Of a DNA stretch of 47,174 bases, positions 28,296 through 37,407 are shown piece after piece; positions within the stretch are counted from its first letter, which is position 1, and every line of letters begins with the position of its first letter. This DNA is from Verrucomicrobiales bacterium. Lineage in GTDB: Bacteria > Verrucomicrobiota > Verrucomicrobiia > Verrucomicrobiales > V1-33. Made by a program: the position numbers and the translations under genes. The stretch lies in assembly GCA_031411295.1 (NCBI GenBank), contig JANOAV010000211.1, forward strand, positions 1 to 47,174, written 5' to 3'. Under the pieces are notes generated by a model. That model ran no database searches and had not been told where the DNA came from. It saw only the letters and a program-made list of their open reading frames with translations.

Positions 28296-28772
28296 CTATA
28301 GCAGATCCATGTGATGCCGCAGCATTTGCTCGCCATCGAATTCGAAATATCCGCGGAACTGTTGGCGATTGATAAGGTGCGGAATCCACAGGCGGTCGTC
28401 GGCCCACATCTCGTCCAGCGGAATCTGGTCGATCTGCGTCCAGAGGGGGATGGCTTCGTCTGTTTCCACTGCTGTTCCCAGAAAGTCGTTGGCGCGGAAG
28501 ACATGACATTGAATCGCCAAGCCATCGACGAAATCGAAATGCAGCACGCCAATTTCCTCCGGCTCCAAGGCGGTAATACCCAGTTCTTCCTGGGCCTCGC
28601 GCACGGCACATTGCACCGGAGTCTCACCGGGATCAATCTTGCCGCCAGGTCCATTCACTTTGCCAGCGCCAAGGCCACGTTTTTTACGAATCAGTAAGAT
28701 TCTGCCATCGGTGATCACAAAGACCAGCGTTGCCCGCATGTTAGGTTGCCACGTTTCCCAGTTAATCGACAT
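28296..28772 (-). CDS. Nudix hydrolase (8-oxo-dGTP diphosphatase, MTH1-like)
   Basis: Nudix box GGKIDPGETPVQCAVREAQEELG, with KKRGLGAGK.NG and IP.DEMWADDR.W typical of the MTH1-like subfamily. Confidence 0.9.
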   Translation of the reverse strand: MSINWETWQPNMRATLVFVITDGRILLIRKKRGLGAGKVNGPGGKIDPGETPVQCAVREAQEELGITALEPEEIGVLHFDFVDGLAIQCHVFRANDFLGTAVETDEAIPLWTQIDQIPLDEMWADDRLWIPHLINRQQFRGYFEFDGEQMLRHHMDLL

Positions 28773-28787
28773 AAGGTAAAATTTGAG

Positions 28788-31700
28788 TTATTCCTGCCGC
28801 AAGCTTTCCAGTAAAGGTTGTCGCAACGCCCAGCGGCTGGCCAGCCAGCAGAAAAGCACTCCGCCCGCCAGCATGCCGCCCAGCACGATCACGAGCAAGC
28901 GCACCGGCACGGCCTGCCCGCCAGACTGTAATTGCGGCCAGACGGCCACCAAGGCTGTAAAGACCCCCAGCACCATGCTCATAAGGAAGAGCGGAAGGTG
29001 CTCGCCCAGCAGGATTTGCTGCAACTGCCCGCGTCGAAATCCGCTGGCCTGCAGCAGGGCGAATTCCGAGCGACGTTCGAGTGCGTTGCGAGAAATCAAC
29101 AAGGCCAGCGCCACCGTGCTGAGGATCAGGGCCATGCCGCCCAAGGCGCTGAAGATTTGCAGGTAAGTATTGTGCACCGCTTGCAGTTCAGCGAGTCGCT
29201 CGTGGGTCGGTTGCAGTGCAAGGCCCCGATTCTGCAACTGGCGCGTCAAGTGCTGGCTCACCTCTCCAGTTTGAGCGGGAGGTGGTTTCACCAGATACAC
29301 CCGATGTCCGGCGGTGGCTGGGAACGAAGTTAGGAAATTCTGTTCAGAGATGACGACGTGCCCTTGGAGGATGGTGCCGCTAACGAATCCTACCAGACGC
29401 AATTTCAGGATGCGACCCGTTTCGTTAGTCACCTCCACGACATCGCCCAAGCCCTTTTTCAAGGCCCACATTGCGCTGTTTTGATCGGCTAGGGCTGGGA
29501 TGGCCCCATCCGGGAGAGTGCCGCTGAGGATGTCCCAACCCTTGGCTCCGCCGGTGAGTCCCTTCCAGACTGTTACCGCAAAGGCCGAGTCACGCAGGGT
29601 AACCGGATTCACTCCGAGCACGCTCGGAGCCTGCGCTTGGTTGAGGTTGAGACACGATGCCTGTTCCCCCACTCGCTGACGGAAGGAGATAAGCTCGGTG
29701 CCTTCCAGGAGCTTGGAATCAAGCCCGTAGGCCTCGCGCCCTGCCTTGGTATTGAGATCCTCGTAGATGGGCAAGTCGGAGGTTCCCATAAACTGAAATT
29801 TCCCCGTGCCCCGGCCAGATTCATCTTTGGCATCGAGGTGAAACGTGTGGAGCGAGGTGACCAGAAAAATCCCTGCTGCCAGTAATCCTAACACCGCCAG
29901 GCTGCGTCCGGGGCGACGCACTGCATTGCGCAGGCCCAGTCCCCAGAGGCTATGAATGCCCGCAGCCTTGGCGTCCAAGCCCTTCAGCCAATCACTGCAA
30001 GCGCACAGGCCGCCTGTGAGAAGGAAGACTGCGGCCCCAAAGAAAACCCCGGGCTGCGCCGAAGCTGGCACTTTTGTGGCGGAGAAGACCATGCCTGCGC
30101 CCACCACCAAGCTGGCCATGCCCATCAGGAAGCCAATGCTCCGCCGACGCTTCCCGAACTTGGTGGCCCCGCCTACGGCCAGCGCTTGACCGGCTAGCAA
30201 GCGTTGCGGAGGCACCTTGGCGAAACGCCGCGTGAGCCACCACACGGTCACGAGCGCGAAAGTTAGCGTCACGCCGCAGCCATTCACCATGGCCGATGTG
30301 GAGCTGACGCGAACAAATTTCAATCCCGCCACGGCCCCCGACCAATTGCCTTCCAGTATCGAGAGCAGGTAGCCGGTAGTCTGGGTGGCCAGCCATGCTC
30401 CGCACAGCGCTCCGAGCACCGCTGGGAGAATCGACTCCAGCAAATAAAGCACCCGCACCCGGTCCGCGGTCATCCCCAGCGCGCGCCACAGGCCGATCTG
30501 TTGGGCGCGTGATTCCACGTTGAATAAGAACAGCAGCGCTGCCAGCGTCAACGCCGTCGCGATCAAGAAGAAGCTCATGCTGAGGAACAACGCGCCAAAG
30601 TCCATGCTGCCAGCCACCGCAGCCTTGGCCAAAATTTGCGGGTGTTGCCCCACGAAACCGAGATCGGATAGCTTGAGCGATTTCTTCAAGTCGGCCGCCA
30701 CGGCATTCGGTTCACCGCTCACTCGCAGCGAGGTAAGATTGCCGAAGCGATTGGCCCATAATTTCTGACCGGCGGCCAAGGAAATGAAGGCCTTGGGCGT
30801 GCCCTTGGATTGCTGCCAGAAGGTTTCATCAGCTTCCCGGATGAAACCTTTAGTCTTCATCGGGATGCCAGGTTTCCAATCGCGACAGTTAGCAGCTTCG
30901 GTCACTCCAGGGAAATTCGGCGTCCACTCGGCATTGAGTCCTGGTTGATCGTTCGGGAGGATCGCCTTGACGATGAAGTCAGCATTGTCTTCCTCCAGTT
31001 GGCGCGATTTAGTGACGCGGAAGAAATTCAATTTCACCGCGTCGCCTAACTTAAGGTGTAAACTCTCCGCCAACCAACTGGAAACGACGATGCCATCCGC
31101 CGGTAAATCCGCTGGTAATAAGCCGGAGGTGGCGGCTACGGCACTGATCATGGGATAGGCGGTGTAGTTCGATTCACCAGCGCTGAGGGAGTTGCAGAGA
31201 TACGTTAGAACGCCTTGGGCCTCGGTGCTGGTGGCGGCCTGGACGGTTTCCGGGAGGAAGATGCGGGGCGTGGCGATGCGGGTGGTTTTGCCATCGGTCA
31301 ATAAAGTGAGATCAATGCCAACATCTGCGGGCTGCCAATGCTCAGGGTTTTCCAGCCACGCCAGGATACTCTGCGGGGCGGCATCGGGGGTGATGACAGG
31401 GTGGGCTAAGAGCAGATTCCATCGGTCGAGTTGTTCGGCTGCTTGTTGCAGATCAGTCAGCGGGACGAATAAATTCAACGGCGGCGTTTGCTCAGCACGC
31501 AGACTGAAGGCTCCCAGCGCTTCATCCGCCACGATGGCTGCCAACGAGGCGTTGAGCACCGCCGTTTGATCTGACTCTCCGGAGAGCGGGGCATCCCGGG
31601 AAATTAAGCTGGGTTTCTCAAAGCGTGCGATGAGCGCATCGCCTGGTTTCACCTGCAACCGTGCGGCCAGCGCTTGATTCATGGAGACGCCAGCCACGGG

Positions 31701-32084
31701 TGGTGCGGGCTGCAAACCAAGTTTCCAAAAGGCCTCCGTGACGCCATAAAGATTGACGCCATTCGCCCGCTGACCACCACCGCCCACGGACACAGTGCCT
31801 TGCAAATACAGCACCGGAGCCACCGTAGCCGCAGGCAGATCCTGCTGCGCCTGCGTGGCCAGACGCATGGCCCCGAAGCCCTCGCCCGCACTGACAACTT
31901 CATCGATCTGGCCCAGGCGCAACGTGGCTTGCCGAGCCAGCGTGGCTTTCACAGAATCGCCCACGAGCAGCGAGCCGACAATGACCCAGGCCGAGATCGC
32001 TACGCCCAGCAGCAAGCCGAGATGCCAGCGCCAGTAGTGATGGAGGCTTTGGAGGAGGTAGGTGCCGAGCGTAAATTGCTTCAT
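28788..32084 (-). CDS. ABC transporter permease, duplicated FtsX/MacB-type
   Basis: Two FtsX modules (R.QQIGLWRALG and RRSEFALLQASGF), multiple TM helices, large periplasmic domains, 1098 aa. Confidence 0.88.
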   Translation of the reverse strand: MKQFTLGTYLLQSLHHYWRWHLGLLLGVAISAWVIVGSLLVGDSVKATLARQATLRLGQIDEVVSAGEGFGAMRLATQAQQDLPAATVAPVLYLQGTVSVGGGGQRANGVNLYGVTEAFWKLGLQPAPPVAGVSMNQALAARLQVKPGDALIARFEKPSLISRDAPLSGESDQTAVLNASLAAIVADEALGAFSLRAEQTPPLNLFVPLTDLQQAAEQLDRWNLLLAHPVITPDAAPQSILAWLENPEHWQPADVGIDLTLLTDGKTTRIATPRIFLPETVQAATSTEAQGVLTYLCNSLSAGESNYTAYPMISAVAATSGLLPADLPADGIVVSSWLAESLHLKLGDAVKLNFFRVTKSRQLEEDNADFIVKAILPNDQPGLNAEWTPNFPGVTEAANCRDWKPGIPMKTKGFIREADETFWQQSKGTPKAFISLAAGQKLWANRFGNLTSLRVSGEPNAVAADLKKSLKLSDLGFVGQHPQILAKAAVAGSMDFGALFLSMSFFLIATALTLAALLFLFNVESRAQQIGLWRALGMTADRVRVLYLLESILPAVLGALCGAWLATQTTGYLLSILEGNWSGAVAGLKFVRVSSTSAMVNGCGVTLTFALVTVWWLTRRFAKVPPQRLLAGQALAVGGATKFGKRRRSIGFLMGMASLVVGAGMVFSATKVPASAQPGVFFGAAVFLLTGGLCACSDWLKGLDAKAAGIHSLWGLGLRNAVRRPGRSLAVLGLLAAGIFLVTSLHTFHLDAKDESGRGTGKFQFMGTSDLPIYEDLNTKAGREAYGLDSKLLEGTELISFRQRVGEQASCLNLNQAQAPSVLGVNPVTLRDSAFAVTVWKGLTGGAKGWDILSGTLPDGAIPALADQNSAMWALKKGLGDVVEVTNETGRILKLRLVGFVSGTILQGHVVISEQNFLTSFPATAGHRVYLVKPPPAQTGEVSQHLTRQLQNRGLALQPTHERLAELQAVHNTYLQIFSALGGMALILSTVALALLISRNALERRSEFALLQASGFRRGQLQQILLGEHLPLFLMSMVLGVFTALVAVWPQLQSGGQAVPVRLLVIVLGGMLAGGVLFCWLASRWALRQPLLESLRQE

Positions 32085-32434
32085 GATTCGTCTTGTGAGG
32101 GAGATTCTGGATCTTCTGATTCCGCTGGATCAGCACACAGCTTCATGCGTCGGCGGAGCCAGCGCGTGGCTTCGGTGCCATCATCCGCCTGCACTGCCGC
32201 GAGCAATCCGACCGCCGCCGTTTCGGGAGTGTGAACCAAGCCCCAGGCTTCATAGGCGTAATCCAAGGCGTCCTTGGAGCGGCCTTCCCGCATGGATTCC
32301 AAAGCTAAGCGCACGGAGTCCGAGGCGGAACGCATGATCTGCCGCAGCACTGTTAAATCAGAACCGCACTGTGAGCAGCGGGGATCAATTTCAACCGCAA
32401 CCGCATGTTCGCAGGCAGGACAAGGCAACTTCAT
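32081..32434 (-). CDS. Small zinc-ribbon + TPR-like helical protein
   Basis: CPAC...CSQC followed by Ala-rich helices. It overlaps the permease start (ATGA). Confidence 0.65.
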   Translation of the reverse strand: MKLPCPACEHAVAVEIDPRCSQCGSDLTVLRQIMRSASDSVRLALESMREGRSKDALDYAYEAWGLVHTPETAAVGLLAAVQADDGTEATRWLRRRMKLCADPAESEDPESPSQDES

Positions 32435-32440
32435 TTGCGA

Positions 32441-32950
32441 TTAGGAAAATGATTCGATGAGTTTGAGGATGCGCTCGGAATGTGCCACATTGCCAGCGGC
32501 ACGCAGTTCTCCCGCCAGCAATCCTAACTGCACGGTCAGGGCTTGGGGCACCACGGACTGCTGCTTTTTGGCCATCTTTTGCGAGAGCTTCTCGTGCGAG
32601 GCGATCAACGTTTGCCGCAGCGTGATCAACTCACTATGAAACGTGTAAAGATCCGGCGGGTCCGGTGGATCGAAATCGCATTCGGGGTCTGGGAAATTCT
32701 CCAATTCTTGGATCGACGACATCAGCTCGGATTCGAGCATTTCCCGCCACTCCTCCACGCCCTCGACCATGTCCGGCTCCTCACCCAGGAAGCTGGGGAG
32801 TTGTTTCCAGAGTTCTTCCGGCATCCACATGGGAGGAGCCGCAGGCTCGGTCGCTTCCTCCTCATCCCCGGCGGGAGTTGGATTGGCATCGGATTTGCGG
32901 TTCTTGGGGCGCTTCTCTGGCGTGGAATTATCGTCGCTCGGCAGAATCAT
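32441..32950 (-). CDS. Acidic hypothetical protein
   Basis: 169-aa ORF in an operon-like arrangement with the two downstream genes. Confidence 0.6.
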   Translation of the reverse strand: MILPSDDNSTPEKRPKNRKSDANPTPAGDEEEATEPAAPPMWMPEELWKQLPSFLGEEPDMVEGVEEWREMLESELMSSIQELENFPDPECDFDPPDPPDLYTFHSELITLRQTLIASHEKLSQKMAKKQQSVVPQALTVQLGLLAGELRAAGNVAHSERILKLIESFS

Positions 32951-33025
32951 GCACTATTGCTAAACGATGCCCATAGTTTCGGCAAATGGCAAATGGCGCG
33001 CAGCGGCAGCGCCCCATCGCGGATT

Positions 33026-33054
33026 GAATGTGGAGCAGTCCGCTGGACTGCTCA
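33026..33054 (+). repeat. REP-like palindrome, family B
   Basis: GAATGTGGAGCAGTCCGCTGGACTGCTCA, identical to 43122-43150. Confidence 0.8.
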
Positions 33055-33208
33055 ACTCTTTCCAGCTCAGCGCAGCGGGCGGAGCCTCAATCTAACAGCC
33101 ACGCAGAAGGGCCACTCCCGCTGTCGCGACATTGGAATGTGACGCTACGCAGCTTGGCATTCCCATGCCGAGCCGAACGCGCATGGCCAGGCTGATGACG
33201 GCACGCAT

Positions 33209-33628
33209 CTAGTGATGCTTCTTCTTATCATCATCGTGCGCCTTGTGCTTCACGTCGCCATCCTCGTCCTTGTAGGTGTATTTATGGAGGTCATACCCCC
33301 GATGCTCATACCAATCCTTGGTGTGGTAACCAGACGGCCGCGTGTCATGGTCGCCATCGCTGCCGCGGACCAAACGGAGTTTCTCGTCGTTGTCCCGTTT
33401 GCTGTTGCTGCTGCGGCTGCTGCTCCCGTGGTCATGATCATAGTAATCCGAGGAACCGTAGTAACTCCCACCGTAATAAGGACGGCTGTAGGATCTGGTG
33501 CCGTAGCCATAGTCGTCGTAATCGTAGCCCGAGCCATAACCAGAAGAAACGTAACTGGTGCCCAGATCCACGCACGAAGGCAGGAGCAGCAGGCTAAGGA
33601 GCGCAAGGAGAGGGGCAAGAGATTTCAT
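33209..33628 (-). CDS. Low-complexity Tyr/Asp/His-rich lipoprotein
   Basis: Lipobox-like LLLLPSC, then Y/G/S/D-rich and H/D/K-rich segments. Confidence 0.7.
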   Translation of the reverse strand: MKSLAPLLALLSLLLLPSCVDLGTSYVSSGYGSGYDYDDYGYGTRSYSRPYYGGSYYGSSDYYDHDHGSSSRSSNSKRDNDEKLRLVRGSDGDHDTRPSGYHTKDWYEHRGYDLHKYTYKDEDGDVKHKAHDDDKKKHH

Positions 33629-33709
33629 GGTGAGGTGAGAAGAATCAATTATTGGACGGGCAACGCAGCGAATTATTCACAGAAAATGAACCGTTGGCGA
33701 TCCTATTTT

Positions 33710-34927
33710 TCAGGATTTTGTCAGCGTGATGACACATTCCAAATGTTTCGTCTGCGGGAAGAGATCGAACGGTTGGATGCGCTGGGGGGTATAGCCGTTT
33801 TGTGCGAGAAGCCGCAGATCACGCATCTGGGTGGCCGGATTGCACGAGACATAGACCACCGTTTGCGGACCAAAGTGGAAGAGTTGCTGCAGGAAGGCTT
33901 CGTCACAGCCAGCTCGCGGTGGGTCAATGAGAATGGCTGTTTCTGCCGCCGGGAAATTAACCTCAGTGAAAATCCCCTCCGCTTTCCCTGCCAGGAAACG
34001 ACAGTTTCCCAAGTTGTTGCGTGCGGCATTGGCGGTGGCGCGCTGCACCGCAGAAGGACTGATCTCAATGCCCAGAACTTGCTCGAACTGACTGGCTCCC
34101 ACCAAGGCAAACAGGCCGCTGCCGCAGTAGGCATCCACCAGAAATTTGGCCCCATGGGATTGCGCCTGCGCCAGCCCATAGCGGACGAAATCGTCGAGGA
34201 TGAATGGATTATTTTGAAAGAAATCGCCCGCCAGAAATTCCAGATCGGTCCCCGCCACGGATTCGCGAGCGGTGGCTTGGTGGTCGGTGTGGACCACGCC
34301 GGAGGCATCCCGCAGCAGCAGGGTGACGCCCTTCTTGTAGGTGGTTGCTTTGGCGTGCACTTCCGCCCGCACCCTTGTTAGCGCCGTGTTGAGCGCTTCG
34401 GTGGCAATCTCACAGCGGGGCACATCCAGCAATGTGCGACCACGGCCATATTTCAGAAATCCAATCGCCCCCAGTTTCCCGTCCACCGCCGCTTCGAAGT
34501 GCGGCGTGATTTTGGAGCGATAGCCATATTCCTGCGGACTGGCGTGCACCGGCTCCACTGGAAATTCTATCTGCGCCATGTGCTTGAGCAACTCCGCCAC
34601 CTGCCGCTGTTTCCAGAGCAGTTGCTCGGCATACGCCAGGTTCTGATACTGACAGCCACCGCATTGGCCGAAGAGCACACACTTCGGCTCCACCCGATGC
34701 GGAGAGGGCCGCAACACCTCCACTAAATCCGCTTCGCTAAAGTTTTTCTCATTGCGGTAAATTCGCACCCGACACAATTCCCCCGGCAGTGCCAGCGGAC
34801 ACAGCACCACCCATCCCTCCACGCGCCCCAGACCCTGCCCCATGTTCGTGAGCGTGGTGATTTCGAGTTCGATTTCCTGGTGATACTCGAACGGATGCGG
34901 CTGAAATTTCTTAGGAGGACGGATCAT
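33710..34927 (-). CDS. rlmD: TRAM-domain RNA (uracil-5-)-methyltransferase, RlmD/TrmA family
   Basis: TRAM domain, Fe-S motif C..FGQCGGCQYQ, FFQNN, DAYCGSGLF, DPPRAG, YVSCNPAT..RD, DLFPQTKHLE. ATG 34927 preferred because the upstream extension is translated REP. Confidence 0.9.
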   Translation of the reverse strand: MIRPPKKFQPHPFEYHQEIELEITTLTNMGQGLGRVEGWVVLCPLALPGELCRVRIYRNEKNFSEADLVEVLRPSPHRVEPKCVLFGQCGGCQYQNLAYAEQLLWKQRQVAELLKHMAQIEFPVEPVHASPQEYGYRSKITPHFEAAVDGKLGAIGFLKYGRGRTLLDVPRCEIATEALNTALTRVRAEVHAKATTYKKGVTLLLRDASGVVHTDHQATARESVAGTDLEFLAGDFFQNNPFILDDFVRYGLAQAQSHGAKFLVDAYCGSGLFALVGASQFEQVLGIEISPSAVQRATANAARNNLGNCRFLAGKAEGIFTEVNFPAAETAILIDPPRAGCDEAFLQQLFHFGPQTVVYVSCNPATQMRDLRLLAQNGYTPQRIQPFDLFPQTKHLECVITLTKS

Positions 34928-34939
34928 GGCGCAATTTAA

Positions 34940-35020
34940 GGAGGGTGGACGTTCCGTCCACCAGTATCCCCAGAGGTTAAGCTTTTTTTGCAGGCTTGGT
35001 GGACGGAACATCCTCCCTCC
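34940..35020. repeat. Inverted REP doublet, family A
   Basis: GGAGGGTGGACGTTCCGTCCACC (34940-34962) and GGTGGACGGAACATCCTCCCTCC (34998-35020). Confidence 0.78.
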
Positions 35021-35062
35021 TTTTACCAGACTATTTACCTTTAGATTGCGACATCTGCCAAC

Positions 35063-35129
35063 GAATGTGGGTCAGCCCGCTGGGCTGATCTTCACAGGCC
35101 TGAGCAGTCCAGCGGACTGCTCCACATTC
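35063..35129. repeat. Inverted REP doublet, family B, overlapping the fdhD 3' end
   Basis: GAATGTGGGTCAGCCCGCTGGGCTGATC and TGAGCAGTCCAGCGGACTGCTCCACATTC. Confidence 0.8.
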
Positions 35130-35914
35130 GGGGCATAGAGGTTACAGCGGCCGTCACGGATGAAGCCGATGAGGGCTTGGCCCGATTGGTGGGCGAACTC
35201 CACCGCCAGGCTGCTGGGGGCTCCGACGGCTGCGATGATGGGGATGCCGGCGGCCAGGGATTTCTGCATGAGTTCGAAGGAAATGCGTCCGCTGAGGAGG
35301 AGGATGTAATCGGTTAGCGGAAGCAGGCCTTTGAGCAAGCAGGCTCCCAGCACCTTATCCAAGGCGTTGTGGCGACCCACGTCTTCGTGCAGCAAGAGTA
35401 AGTTTCCTGACCGATCAAAAAGCGCGCTGGCGTGAATACCGCCGGTGCTCTGGAAATTGGTTTGCTGCTCACGGAGTCGCTCGGGGAGCGTGAGGATCAT
35501 TTCCAGCGGGAGGTCCTGAGTGGGCTGGGGGAGTGGTGGAAAGGGAACGAGGGTGGACTCGATCGTGGCCTTACCACACAAGCCGCAACTGCTGCTGGTG
35601 AAGACGTGGCGGGTGAATTTCTTGACATCAAATAGCTCCGGGGCCGCGAGCACGACATCGACGACATTTCCTGCGCTGGCGCTGGGGCAGGTGGAAATCT
35701 CGAAGACATCAGCGGCGGAGGAAATGATGCCCTCGCTGAGCAGGAAGCCTGCGGCCAGCTCCCGATCATGTCCCGGGGTCCGCATGGTGACGGCAATGCT
35801 GTGGCCTTCCACGCGGATTTCCAATGGTTCCTCCACGGCCACGGCGTCCTCGCGCGGGGTGCACCCATCGTGCGTGTAACGCTGGATGGCGACGCTGCGG
35901 GTGGCCTCAATCAT
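35072..35914 (-). CDS. fdhD: Formate dehydrogenase accessory sulfurtransferase FdhD
   Basis: VAVEEPLEI, TMRTPGHD.ELAAGFL.SEG, SSCGLCG, TGGIHASALF, EDVGRHNALDK, SGRISFEL.QK, GAPSSLA. Confidence 0.95.
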   Translation of the reverse strand: MIEATRSVAIQRYTHDGCTPREDAVAVEEPLEIRVEGHSIAVTMRTPGHDRELAAGFLLSEGIISSAADVFEISTCPSASAGNVVDVVLAAPELFDVKKFTRHVFTSSSCGLCGKATIESTLVPFPPLPQPTQDLPLEMILTLPERLREQQTNFQSTGGIHASALFDRSGNLLLLHEDVGRHNALDKVLGACLLKGLLPLTDYILLLSGRISFELMQKSLAAGIPIIAAVGAPSSLAVEFAHQSGQALIGFIRDGRCNLYAPNVEQSAGLLRPVKISPAG

Positions 35915-36701
35915 AGAAATAATACGCGAGCGATTCCACACAACCTGCGGTGGATGGCGCGCCGGCAATGTAACCATCCTGGCGGGAGACCACATCCTTC
36001 ACTTCTCGCAGTGAATTAGCCGGACAAGCAATGCAGTGGGCCACGTCGGTGGTGAGCATGGAGAGGTCATTGTGGTTGTCACCAATGACGAAGGTATGAT
36101 CCGGCAGGATTCTCAGATACTCGCAAAGTGCCGCCAGCGCGGTGCCTTTGCTGTAATTTTGGTGGGTGAAGCGCAGGTAAATGGAGTTGCGTTGATAGTG
36201 GAGTTCCGGGTGTGCCGTCAGCCGGGGATTGAGCCAGTCACAGATGAAGTTCATCTCCTCCTCACTGGTGCTAATGATGCCGGCGGGATCCGAGGGCTCA
36301 CTAACCCAACTGGCGGCCGTGGAGGCGTGGAGGAATTTCTTGGTCTCTTTGAAAAATTTCTCCTTCGCCTTGTAGAGCTTCTTGTGGTCCTTGGTGCGCT
36401 GCGTATTCCAGTCGCCCAAGTCAATCCAGCGGTTGTATTGACTGCGATGGAAAATCTCCCCTTCGCGTGCCACGATGTAATCCGGGATCTGCCGAATCCC
36501 ATGCTGGGTCAAGCCTTCCAGCGTTTGAAACAAGGAGCGGCCGGTATTAATGACCCAGGCTGCGCCCCGTTCCCGCAGGTCCGTGATGACGAGCAGCAAC
36601 TCACGCAAGGCGTCCTGGTTTTGTTCCTTTTCGATAAACGTGCCGTCGAAATCGAAGCAAATAACCGCCTTCGGGGAACTGACTGGATCGGAATGAGACA
36701 T
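35907..36701 (-). CDS. HAD-superfamily hydrolase, subfamily IIB
   Basis: Motif I FDFDGT, motif II INTGRS, SKGTAL, motif IV GDNHNDLSM. Confidence 0.88.
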   Translation of the reverse strand: MSHSDPVSSPKAVICFDFDGTFIEKEQNQDALRELLLVITDLRERGAAWVINTGRSLFQTLEGLTQHGIRQIPDYIVAREGEIFHRSQYNRWIDLGDWNTQRTKDHKKLYKAKEKFFKETKKFLHASTAASWVSEPSDPAGIISTSEEEMNFICDWLNPRLTAHPELHYQRNSIYLRFTHQNYSKGTALAALCEYLRILPDHTFVIGDNHNDLSMLTTDVAHCIACPANSLREVKDVVSRQDGYIAGAPSTAGCVESLAYYFYD

Positions 36702-36723
36702 GGTGGCGTGGCGAGAAAGGGTT

Positions 36724-37407
36724 CTATCGGGTCACGCTCCACATGCCCCAGATGACGAGTGCGGCCAGGACGAGGAGCAGGCCGTAACGCAGCACAGGAT
36801 GGCGTTCGAAGGTGTCCATGGTATCATCCGCCACCTCAGGAATGAGGCCCAGATCAATCGAGCGGGGCACCATGCTGGAGACGGCCAAGTCTGGGCCGCT
36901 CTGCTCGATGCGGACGCGCATGCCGTTGATCATATCGGTCGGCAGATTCTCATTAGTCAGGAAATAATGCGGCCATCTTCTGGGGCCGTCACACAGTTGG
37001 AAGGCCAGTCGCCCGTTCACGTCCATGCGACCTTCAGAAATGTTGAGATCGCCAATGATTTCCCGCATCCAACTGCGCTGCATGCGTCTGGCTTCGTGCA
37101 TGGCCACGTAGGTGGGAGTGGTGCCGGGGTGATTGGCGTGCGTTTTGGCAGCGCGTTTCAGGGTGGCCAGAATGAGATAGGTCCGGTGGAGCCGACTATG
37201 GATTTGCAGGGACCGGTAATAATCCGCTAGGCGGGCATAGGCCTCGTTCCATTCTTCTTGGGAGCCACTGCTGGGAGTGAAATCGATCCGCAATCCATCA
37301 TCGAACGCGGAGGCCGATTCGGGCGAATTTAAAGGCGAGAAGGCAGGGCCGGTCTCCGCCGCTTGGGGCGGAGCATGGACGACATTGGCGGGCGTTATTT
37401 TATCCAT
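36724..37407 (-). CDS. Hypothetical membrane protein co-transcribed with the OpgG-like gene
   Basis: ATG 37407 overlaps the end of the upstream gene. C-terminal TM helix. Confidence 0.65.
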   Translation of the reverse strand: MDKITPANVVHAPPQAAETGPAFSPLNSPESASAFDDGLRIDFTPSSGSQEEWNEAYARLADYYRSLQIHSRLHRTYLILATLKRAAKTHANHPGTTPTYVAMHEARRMQRSWMREIIGDLNISEGRMDVNGRLAFQLCDGPRRWPHYFLTNENLPTDMINGMRVRIEQSGPDLAVSSMVPRSIDLGLIPEVADDTMDTFERHPVLRYGLLLVLAALVIWGMWSVTR

